This document shows, piece after piece, positions 53,272 through 64,000 of a stretch of DNA of 64,000 nt (its first letter is position 1; each line of letters starts with the position of its first letter). The notes beneath the pieces are model-generated. The model did no database searches. It was not told the origin of the DNA and was given only the letters and a program-made list of their open reading frames with translations. Made by a program: the position numbers and the translations under genes. Source of the stretch: Octopus sinensis. Lineage: Eukaryota. The DNA lies in the NCBI RefSeq assembly GCF_006345805.1, contig NC_043006.1:81530001-81594000 (forward strand). Direction: 5' to 3'.

Positions 53272-54492
53272 GTGGGTTGATTCTTAATTTCATATAAGAA
53301 TTCTATATTGATTGCCAAGTCCATGATTATTACGAGATTAACTTGACTAGAATGTGATGTTTATCAATGATGTCCAGTCATCATGCCATTACCTAAATTA
53401 GAAAATTTTCTTCTAGTAGTACCTTCTTAACAAATATTCTTGCAATTAAATTTAAATAATGCCTGTAGAAGCTAATCAAAAATATTATAAAGGAACATCT
53501 TGAAGCACTATGTTCCTGTGTCTATATTTGCATTCTGTATAATTATTGCTTTCTCAAACTGGCACAAGGAAATTGATATGTGAGTAGGTGTCACTTCAAT
53601 TTGGTGTCCGCTTGCCGATTTTGTTTCTTCATAGCTTTCTTAATAACGATTATTTTAAAAGAGATTTCGCAAAGATGTATTTTTAAAGGTGTCGATAAGA
53701 ATAAGCTGATGATATAAATATATTTTTTCTATTGTTTTTACTAAAAACAAAATAAAGATTTTCACAAATTTTAATGCAATTAAATAACATATTCATGGTC
53801 ATTGCACGTTATCTGACATTATCTGACATAAGGCGATATAATTGTATTCATTACCAACATGAAATCGGGGAACGTGATAAAAGAATTTTCCAGTTCATAC
53901 TTTTTTTGCTTCAATTCAGATAGAGAGTCTCCAGTTTCTTGTTACTCTTATGTTTCAGCCATGCTGAATGAATAATATTCATTATGATATCATAGATATT
54001 TTTTTAATGCTTGAATGGATCAAAAGAGGATTACATCCGTTTCTCTTGGTTTAAGAATATCCAATAAAGTATATTTTATAATCCATTAATATAATCATCA
54101 TCGAACCCTTCGATAACGTATCTCTGCAAAATTTCATCAACATAAAAGCATTGTTTAAAAATTGTTATGAAACAAAATCGTGGATGGGAGAGCGCCAAAC
54201 TCAAGTTAAACCTACAATTGGTTAATTTATTATATGCTAAACGTGGCCGCTACTTATATCATCCGCCATGAATAACTGAACAGTGAAGTCGAGGTCAACA
54301 AAATTTGAACATTGAACATCTGTACCGAGTAAAATAGAAGACTAAATACAGTATCGTTACACTAGAACTGATGACAAATTTATAGAAACAGAGATATTAC
54401 ATAGATGTGATCCTTATATATTAAGGGTAGTCAATTTGAAGACATCAGGAAGATGCCAAGCTGTTGTCCGAGAGGGATTTGAACCATAAGTA

Positions 54493-54714
54493 TACTTCTT
54501 TACTACCCACAAGGGGCTAAACACAGAGAGGACAAACAAGGACAGACAAACGGATTAAGTCGATTACATCGACCCCAGTGCGTAACTGGTACTTAATTTA
54601 TCGATGAAAGGCAAAGTCGACCTCGGCGGAATTTGAACTTGGAATATAACGACAGACGAAATACGGCTACGCATGTCGCCCGGCGTACTAACGTTTCTGC
54701 CAGCTCGCCGCCTT
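54493..54714 (-). mobile_element. SINE family B, 16-bp TSD with one mismatch
   Basis: ATTTGAACCA(T/C)AAGTA at 54477-54492 and 54715-54730. Confidence 0.92.
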
Positions 54715-55058
54715 ATTTGAACCACAAGTAGTTTACAGTGAAACGAAAATCTTGATTTTTAAGATTAATCCCATATTTTAGTACATCTCTGGTATTATAT
54801 TTTATTGATCTCAGGGCAATGAAAGCAACAACAGCCTCAGCTCACCTAGGGAGGCATAACTAAATATCACGGACAAATTTATTCGGCGTTTCAACAAAGC
54901 ATAAGGATTTGAGTGCCATCCTTCGTCTCGCTGCTGTTAATCCATTTCTGTTGCATCGATAGTAGAAGGGGTATATCATTTTCTCGATAGAATATTATCT
55001 ACTTTAACTTTATCTTTCTCTTGCGGAAGAACCTGGAAGTGAGACTAGCGAGCTAGCA

Positions 55059-55134
<76 letters not shown>

Positions 55135-55191
55135 CATACGCGCGCGTACAGACAAATCCCTAGATACCCATCTATCTATTCAGCTCTCTAT

Positions 55192-55278
<87 letters not shown>

Positions 55279-55289
55279 TATAGATAGAT

Positions 55290-55326
<37 letters not shown>

Positions 55327-55384
55327 GCAGACAAATATGCATGGATATATGTACCACAGTGATAAACATATGTATATATACATG

Positions 55385-55432
<48 letters not shown>

Positions 55433-56266
55433 ATATGATTTCTTAGAATATACAGCTGTATAAATTCTGATCGTAATTCCTTGTGTTTATTCCTTTACCC
55501 TCTTCCCAACAGAAAAGAAAACTTCTTAAACGAAATGATAAAATGAGACAAATAAACCTTAACTTTAGCGCCACATCAAAGGCAATATATTATTGGTATT
55601 TGTTTTGACCATTTTAATTATAGTCATTATTAAACGTCTACAAGCACCACCGCCGCCGCCGTTTTCGTCGCTTTCCACCAACTTTCTTCCTGGCTATTAT
55701 AATCTAGACAATTTTACTTCACACAAAGATGCGTAAAGTGGCGAAGACGACAAAGGCAGCAGAGTCGGAGACGAGGATGGAGAGATCGACGGAGACGGAA
55801 AAAGAAACCTATTTAATACATAACATCGATTATGTCGGACCGAAGCGTTATAAGATTAAAGAGCACGTCATGAGAAACCAACACATAGGTCGCAGAACCT
55901 CCAATTTGTTGATTGTTAGCTGATATATCAATTTGGCACATCAATGACCTTGCTGTAGTTTTATTTATTTCTTCCTGTTTGTGATTCTTTTCCTTTTCTT
56001 TTGTTATTCATTTTCTTTTTGTTTTGTTTTGTTTCGCTTTGTAATTTTTCTTTCCAGCAAGCTTGTCTGCCATTAATTGTTTTATGTTTTCAACAAAGTG
56101 AAAACGCAGAGACTAACTTCTACGATTTATTTGTTGCGATGGACCGGACTCCCGCATCGGTTTCGACCATGAATTAATTGGAGTAACCCACAGCTTTCCA
56201 GACACAATCTGAATTATAGGATAAAATGATAATGTGACCGAGTATTCCATAGACATAATACACAGC

Positions 56267-56333
<67 letters not shown>

Positions 56334-56444
56334 CGTGCCGCTTAGGTGCGCAAGGTAGGCGGTGCATACCTTGAAAAAATAGATCGATAGCAACATTTAT
56401 CTCTCATGATAAAATATGCACCTAATTCAACAAAATAATGAAGG

Positions 56445-56850
56445 TTGTAGGCACAGGAATGGCTGTGTGGTAAGTAGCTTGCTTACGAACCACATGGTTC
56501 TGTGTTCATTCCCACTGAGTGGCACCTTGGGCAAGTGTCTTCTACTAAAGCCTCGGGTTGACCTAAGCTTTGTGAGTGGATTTGGTAGACGGAAACTGAA
56601 AGAAGCCCGTCGTATATATGTATGTATGGGTGTATGAGTTTGTGTGTCTGTGTTTGTCCCTCCACCCCAACATCGCTTGACAACCGATGCTGGTGAGTTT
56701 ACGTCCCTGTAACTTATCGGTGCGGCAAAAGAGACCGATAGAATAAGTACTAGGCTTACAAAGAATAAGTCCCGGGGTCGATTTGCTTGACTAAAGGCGG
56801 TGCTCCAGCATGGCCGCAGTCAAATGACTAAAACAAGTAAAAGAATAAAA
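56445..56850 (+). mobile_element. SINE family A, full length (reference copy)
   Basis: TAGGCACAGGAATGGCTGTGTGGTAAG head; GGCACCTTGGGCAAGTGTC resembles the CORE-SINE consensus; tail AAAGGCGGTGCTCCAGCATGGCC. Confidence 0.92.
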
Positions 56851-57134
56851 CAGTAAAGAGTTAGTCTAATTACTATGCATAAAAGGCAAACTGTTTTGCT
56901 TTTTTAGATTAGGAAGGCATAATTCGTTCCTGATTTTCAATCTCAGTATCTAATCTATGTATAGCACAGCTGTAGTATATGTTCTGAATACATTTCTACA
57001 ACACCGTTTTCTTTACGTGCTATAAAGACAGAAATAGATCTGCCTTCAACTCAGCCGCGCGCCTCTGTGTGTTTTACTACATAAAAGTCGCCAACTGCCT
57101 ACTTCGGGTAATTACTGACGACACGTGCCTGATA

Positions 57135-57175
<41 letters not shown>

Positions 57176-57657
57176 CATGTGACTTGGGTATTAAGAAACA
57201 CCTACATCGCTAGAAATAAGAGCTAAAATGCTCTAATGCTGTAGTTAATGGACATGAAGGAAAATATATACACTAACAGGGACATGGATCGTCCGAAAAA
57301 TGCCGATCGAGAATTCTTACTACTGACGTCAGTTTCAGCATTTTCGTTGCTTCATCAGTTAAGCCTGTTCGATTTCGGCTTTCTTCGGCTTGCTTCTCTA
57401 TTAATATATGTTTTCGTTATCCAAATTAATGGATGATTTTGCGTTTAGTGACAATTATAATTCTCCTTTTTGGTGAAACATTGCTTCCCGCTATTTATAT
57501 TAATTTTATGTATGCGCATGAGTGAGTGTATGTGAGTGCATTTGTATATGTTTGTGTGTCTAGATAGAAAGATAGATAGATACAAACATACATATATACA
57601 TACATACATGCATGCTTACATAGGTAGGTAGATAGATAGATAGATAGATAGATAGAT

Positions 57658-57728
<71 letters not shown>

Positions 57729-57744
57729 TATGTTTATATATATA

Positions 57745-57955
57745 TGGAGGCGTGTTGCCTATTGGTTATGCTGTTGGTTAGGGTCATGATCGTAAAATTG
57801 TGGTCTCGACTCTTGGACCGGGCGATGCGGTGTGTTCTTGAAAAATCTCTTCATTACACGTTGCTCCTATCCACTCAGCTAGCGAAAATGAGTAATCCTG
57901 CGACAGAGTTACGTCTCGTCCAGGACGCTACACATACTGGCGAGGTTGTGACGGT
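57745..57955 (+). mobile_element. Degenerate family D-type SINE with a CGTC(C)CGTCCAGG-type tail
   Basis: TCATGATCGTAAAA head, TTGCTCCTATCCACTCAGCT core, CGTCTCGTCCAGG tail. Confidence 0.65.
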
Positions 57956-58112
57956 TAATTATTTTCTATATTAATATATACATATATCTCCAGCATGCAG
58001 ATGCACACACATGTAGGTTTTAACGTACAAACTTGATAGACACAACTAAAACCATACATACATATGTACATATACATACTTATGTATATATTTGTGTGTG
58101 TGTATGCATATA

Positions 58113-58180
<68 letters not shown>

Positions 58181-58191
58181 TATACATACAA

Positions 58192-58261
<70 letters not shown>

Positions 58262-59258
58262 TCGCTAGTTCCTACAATGTGACTTAAGGGCCGATAGTTT
58301 CGTTCTTCTTAGCAAATTGAAGCTGCTTCACAAATGCCATGTACGGAATTCTCGACCTTTGACTCACTTTGTTATTCCGGCATATTATGTGTGTATTTAT
58401 ATATGTATATATCCTTACATACACGCATATATATATATAAGACTCTAGATGGCAGATGAGGCTATGTATGTGCTACGGGAGGACCGTAGTTAGACTCTCG
58501 GTTCGATGATAATACGAGTGAAGAGTCTAATGCGGCTCTTATGGTTTTGTTGTCTCATTTTATTTGACACGCACACACATATACACGCATATATGGGGTG
58601 CATATATATTGATTTATTACATAATGTATGCGTACATTAAAGGCTTTGCGTGGGAAAATCGGTATGGCACAAGTTCAAATAATCCACATCATTGCTTTTA
58701 ATCCACCATATGCCGCCATATTCCACAGAATATTTTAGCCTTTGCATTTATTTTAAGGATCAATAAATTATTCATGTTTTCTATTAAAAGTTCGAATGAG
58801 ATAAAAGGGGTCAGGTGCATGACCCTTCGTGGTCAAAAGTATTTGCCAGCAGGTTGAATAACACTTGTAACATTCATGCCTTTCCAAAGGTCATTAACGA
58901 AGCAAGTGAAATGATTACACCCGGAAAACTCACCGACGTTACAGCTTCTTAACATAAACTCCACAAAAATGTTTGTCTTATATATATATAATTACACACA
59001 CATACATATATGCATGTATACATACGCACGCACACACACATATTTACAAATTTCTAAACAAATCCGAAGGCTGTGAATTAGGGTGAAGAGCGACACGAAT
59101 ATGTCCTTTATAATAATAGTTGTAATTATATATTATTATTTAATATATGCTCGACAGGATTACAATAAGCAGGTTGCATTGAAATGCAATCTCTACTGAA
59201 GTTCATAATTCTGAAATCAAATTCGTATCTTGTCTACGACTTGGCGTTATATCCATAG

Positions 59259-59397
59259 AACAAACTCTTAACTCTCAAAGCTTCAAAGCAGAAGACATTA
59301 AGTTCTATGACTGTGAAAATCCCAATCTATAGCTTCCAGTTCTCTTCTCCGTCTGGGACTGAAAAAAATTGGAAAACAGTTGCGGTGTTACCGAAAG
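59259..59397 (+). CDS. Candidate coding exon, unknown protein
   Basis: TATCCATAG acceptor, 46 open codons NKLLTLKAS...FSSPSGTEKNWKTVAVLPK, strong AAG|GTAAGG donor. Confidence 0.22.
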
Positions 59398-59840
59398 GTA
59401 AGGTGAATTGTGGGCAATCTGAAATCACTGCCTCACCCGAATGCTGATGAGAAGGATTGCAACATATCCTGGGACCTGTAATGCTTGTTAGGCAAAGTGG
59501 GTGTTCCTCTAAACTGTCTTTGCTACCTTCGGGCGTTGATAAATCTTGTTTGCTACGCCATAAGGGCAGTGACTTTGATCATGTATTGAAACAAAAAAAA
59601 CCATGACAACAATAGATGTAGTCATTTACTGAAGACGAAAGATCTAAATTCGAATAAAGGACACTTTTCCTGCCTATCTACGTTAAATTATTCATATGTG
59701 AACCCCAAATGCATGCATATGTATAATTACGATAAAATTTACATAAATACGTAAATTAGTTTACGATTTTTTTCTTGGTCTTATCTGAATTATCCCCCCT
59801 TCCACTTTCTGTCTATTTGGTAAAAACTATATCGTCTTAA

Positions 59841-60169
59841 GGTGAGGGCGCGTGGCTTAGTGGTTAGGGCATTCGGCTCATGATCGTAAGGTTGTGAGTT
59901 CGATTCCCGGCGACGCGTTGTGTCCTTGAGCAAGACACTTTATTTCACGTTGCTCCAGTCCACTCAGCTGGCAAAAATGAGTTGTACTTGTATTTCGAAG
60001 GGTCAGCCTTGTCACTCTCTGTGTCACGCTGATTTTCCCCGAGAACTACGTTAAGGGTACACGTGTCTGTGGAATGCTCAGCCATTTGCACGTTAATTTC
60101 ACGAGCAAGCTGTTCCGTTGATCGTATCAGCTGGGACCCTCGTCGTCGTAACCGGCGGAGTCTTTTTTA
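59841..60169 (+). mobile_element. SINE family D, full length, 12-bp TSD
   Basis: ATATCGTCTTAA at 59829-59840 and 60170-60181. Confidence 0.93.
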
Positions 60170-60286
60170 ATATCGTCTTAATTATTTGTTGTTATTCACG
60201 TATTATGTGTGTGGCTCTGGTGTTACAGGTACACACAACAACTAGAATATTGTTGGTGGGAGTGTTTCTCGAAATACCGAAGAATA

Positions 60287-60502
60287 CGAGGGGGTGCTGA
60301 AAAGTTCCTGGCTGTTAGGTTATCGCGGATGGCCTGGTTGGAGGGCCAAATTTCCAAATTCCTTTACAGGCCTTAAAAAACTGAAGGAACACTGCAATAA
60401 GTGTATGAATCTGAGAAGGGAATGTGTTGGATAAAATCATAATTAACTGATCCTCCTGTATTTTCTTTTACCCAAAACCAGGAACCTTTCAGCACTTCCT
60501 CG
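60287..60502. mobile_element. Mariner-derived MITE
   Basis: TA|CGAGGGGGTGCTGAAAAGTTCCTGG ... CCAGGAACCTTTCAGCACTTCCTCG|TA; internal EHCNKCMNLRRECVG* resembles the mariner C-terminus. Confidence 0.9.
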
Positions 60503-60844
60503 TATGATGCCGATTCATTGAAACATGTATTAAATGTTCTGAGTTTCTACTAAAATATACTTGCATACATAAAAAACATACACACACACACACACACATC
60601 ACATACGTACATGCATACATAAATATCTGGAATAACAACAGCTATGCAAAGAATCAGATAGATCCCTCTCGGAAGCCATTCGCGTGGTGCGTGGCTGTCG
60701 AGAGGAAAAGTGGAAAACCCAGCAATCACAAGAGAGAAGAATATGTATAGAAATTGACCAGACAAGAAAAGTGAGAGTACATTTACTATTTCACTTTTCA
60801 TATATATACACATGCACATGTGTATGTGTGTGTGTATATATATA

Positions 60845-61268
60845 TACTCTTTACTCTTTTTACTCTTTTACTTATTTCAGTCATTTGACTGTGGCCATGC
60901 TGCTGCACCGCCTTATTCGAGCAAATCGACCCCGGGACTTATTCTTTGTAAGCCTAGTACTTATTCTATCGGTCTCTTTTGCCGAACCGCTAAGTTACGG
61001 GGACGTAAACACACCAGCATCGGTTGTCAAGCGATGTTGGCGGGTACAAACACAACCACACAAACATATACACATACACATACATATATATTATACATAT
61101 ATACAACAGGCTTCTTTCAGTTTCCGCCTACCAAATCCACTCACAAGGCTTTGGTCGGCCCGAGACTATAGTAGAAGACACTTGTCCAAAGTGCCACGCA
61201 GTGGGACTGAACCCGGAACCATGTGGTTTGTAAGCAAGCTACTTACCACACAGCCACTCCTACGCCTA
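60845..61268 (-). mobile_element. SINE family A, full length
   Basis: Reverse complement of the 56445-56850 copy. Confidence 0.92.
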
Positions 61269-61425
61269 TATTATATATATATATATATATATAATATATA
61301 TATATATATAATTATAAAAAGATTTGTTAAGTTTACCGATAATGGTTCTTTTAACATACCGAACTACTTGGTTAACTTATTAATTATTAATTAATTTTAC
61401 CCTTTATTATTATTGGTATATATAT

Positions 61426-61465
<40 letters not shown>

Positions 61466-61713
61466 ACGTTACATATATATATATTATATATATATATGTA
61501 ACGTTTTTATTCCAATGATTTTTTGGTTTAACAACTTTTTGTCCAATTTTAAATAACCTCTTCAGGGAAGAAGTTGAACATCAAAATCAAATAATTATTG
61601 AGAATTTTATTGATGGGATTTGTCGCTGGACAAAAAAAAAATCATCGGACGAAATGACGTGGACGAAAAGGCGTTTGACGAAGTGACGTCGAACGAAGAG
61701 ACATAGCAGCATA

Positions 61714-61789
<76 letters not shown>

Positions 61790-61806
61790 ATTAAGAGACA
61801 GAACCT

Positions 61807-61845
<39 letters not shown>

Positions 61846-61894
61846 TATACATTTTGTGTGCGTGTGTACATGTGTCTGTGTGTGCGTATGTGAT

Positions 61895-62280
61895 CGTTTC
61901 AGTCATTTGACTGCGGCCATGCTGGAGCACCGCCTTTAGTCGAGCAAATCGACCCAAGACTTATTCTTTGTAAGCCTAGTACTTATTCTATAGGTTTATT
62001 TTGCCGAACCGCTAAGTAACGGGGACGTAAACTCACCAGCATCGGTTGTCAAGCGATGTTGGGGGGGGAGGGACAAACACAGACACACAAACACATACAC
62101 ACATACATATATACGACGGGCTTCTTTCAGTTTCCGTCTACGAAATCTACTCACAAAGCTTCGGTCAACCCGAGGCTTTAGTAGAAGACACTTGCCCAAG
62201 GTGCCACTCAGTGGGAATGAACCCAGAATCATGTGGTTCGTAAGCAAGCTGCTTACCACACAGCCACTCCTGCGCCTATA
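61895..62280 (-). mobile_element. SINE family A, full length
   Basis: Reverse complement of the 56445-56850 copy. Confidence 0.92.
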
Positions 62281-63023
62281 AAGGTATGTGTAAATAAACG
62301 ATCATATCAAAAGATCTAAAATGGATTGTTTGTATATGGGGAAACAGTACGCAGGGAAATGCAACCCCAATTCGCATTCAAAACCTATTTAACCAACCTG
62401 CAAGCCTTACGGTCTTCTACTCTGAAAGTTCATAGAAGGGTGGTCCTTGTCACACACGTATTTCACGCTGATTCAGCCTTAGAAGTGCGTTAAAAGAGGC
62501 CCCTGTGTATGGAGCATTATTCAATCATTCGTAATATTATTCAAGAGTGGTTACTGATTGAATAAACTTCAATAATCATCGTTGAAATCGAGGTAAATGT
62601 ATTTACACTATACATACACGCGCACGGGTGTGTTTAACTATACATGATATAAATGAGGTAAAAATACTTATATTTTATATAACCGTTTTCATTGTGTTGT
62701 AATATATAGTTCAATATATTTATTGTCTGAATATTAAGAGTGTATATGTGGTAAGATTTATGGTATGTCTATATGTTTGAATACGCATATGTATGTGTAT
62801 GTATATATATATGAGAAAGAAGAAGAGAGGGAGAAGGAGAGGTAGATAGATAGATAGATAGATTGGATGGACGGACGGACGGACAAACAGACTGACAGAT
62901 AGACAGACAGACATGTAGACAGATAGATAGATCGATGGTGAGTAGTTGGTTAGATTCTGAGATCATTCAGATAGACAGACAGACAGATAGATAGATGGAT
63001 AGACAGACAGACAAACAGATAGG

Positions 63024-63098
<75 letters not shown>

Positions 63099-63139
63099 TT
63101 GGCTAGTAGCCGATTAGATTCTGAGATCATTCAGAACCA

Positions 63140-63771
63140 GGAAAAAGAGTATCATGCTACTCCTATGGAGACCTTTCGTTTTCAGTCGTCAGGATTACTG
63201 CTCCCAACAATGATCACTAAGAAGTTCCAATCTGTGCTTTGAATTTGAGGCAATCCACTTCACAAAGAGAGTAGACTCGGTGAAACGACTTCCTGGGAGG
63301 GGTAAAGAAACAGAATCTCTTCTCTCTGGAGAGAAGACGTGAAAAATGTGCATTGATGTACATATAGAAGATCCTGGATGCTGCAACTCCCAGGTTCGGA
63401 ACTAAAAGCTATACCAACCACCGAACTGGACAGTACTGCATAGTACCAAAGATCCCGTCTTCTCCATCTAGAATAAGGACTCAGTATTATAACAGCTTTA
63501 GGGTCCACAACCACACAACATTCTGCCAACAGCCTCAGAGATTTGCGAGGTGTAGATGTGGCGATCTTCAAAGAGCATCTGGAGAAATTTTTATCTCAGA
63601 TACCATGTGAACCGACATCGCGGTGAGAGGTACAAAAAAAGAGCAGCCAAATCCAACTCGCTACTTCACCAGAAACAGTACAGAAAAGACACCCAAATAC
63701 ACTGAAAGGTGGTGCCCCAGCATGACCTTAGCCTCTGGCCGAAACACGTGATGGATAAATGATAAAAGATA
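63140..63771 (+). mobile_element. CR1/L2-type LINE 3' end
   Basis: SRQDYCSQQ...EAI.FTKRV, NLFSLERRREKCALMYI*KIL, RIRTQYYNS, FKEHLEKFLSQIP, RAAKSNSLLHQ; stop at 63703-63705. Confidence 0.85.
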
Positions 63772-63774
63772 TAT

Positions 63775-64000
63775 ACTCTTATACTCTTTTACTCCTTTAC
63801 TTGTTTCAGTCATTTGACTGCGGCCATGCTGGAGCACCGCCTTTAGTCGAGGAAATCGACTCCACGACTTATTCTTTTGCAAGCCTAGTACTTATTCTAT
63901 CGGTGTCTTTTGCCGAACCGCTAAGTTACGGGGACGTAAACACACCAGCATCGGTTGTCAAGTGATGGTGGGAGGACAAACACAGAAACACAAACTCACA
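63775..64000 (-). mobile_element. SINE family A 3' half, running off the window
   Basis: Matches the other family A tails. Confidence 0.9.

Noticed and set aside
60630-60705. Minus-strand exon candidate with a strong acceptor (MASERDLSDSLHSCC)
   Set aside because: Two frames are open and there is no supporting partner exon; it cannot be distinguished from chance.

Overview
Repeat-dense, AT-rich eukaryotic DNA with a heavy microsatellite load: (TACA)n, (GATA)n, (TA)n, (GT)n, (AAT)n and (GGT)n. It is most likely an octopus (coleoid cephalopod) intron or intergenic region; this is inferred from the tRNA-derived SINE families and the repeat landscape, not proven. Almost all long ORFs in the supplied track are microsatellite read-throughs. 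The clearly recognisable coding remnants are all dead transposons: two mariner transposase fragments, an RTE LINE, an R4/Dong-type REL-endonuclease LINE, a CR1/L2-type LINE 3' end and a Penelope-like GIY-YIG domain. Non-coding mobile elements include a complete non-autonomous Helitron, a Helentron-type element, several MITE/foldback elements and more than 35 SINE copies from four head families, which I label A-D. No host gene can be named. Several unannotated candidate exons are flagged at low confidence; the most interesting are a spliced 54-aa BH3-like micropeptide near 18.5-18.9 kb and a phase-compatible three-exon chain near 38.8-39.4 kb, both on the minus strand. Other points of interest are modular SINE head/tail shuffling, a shared LINE-SINE 3' tail, a LINE 3'UTR carrying (TACA)n, and a ~145-bp-arm foldback palindrome. 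All alignments and counts were done by eye.
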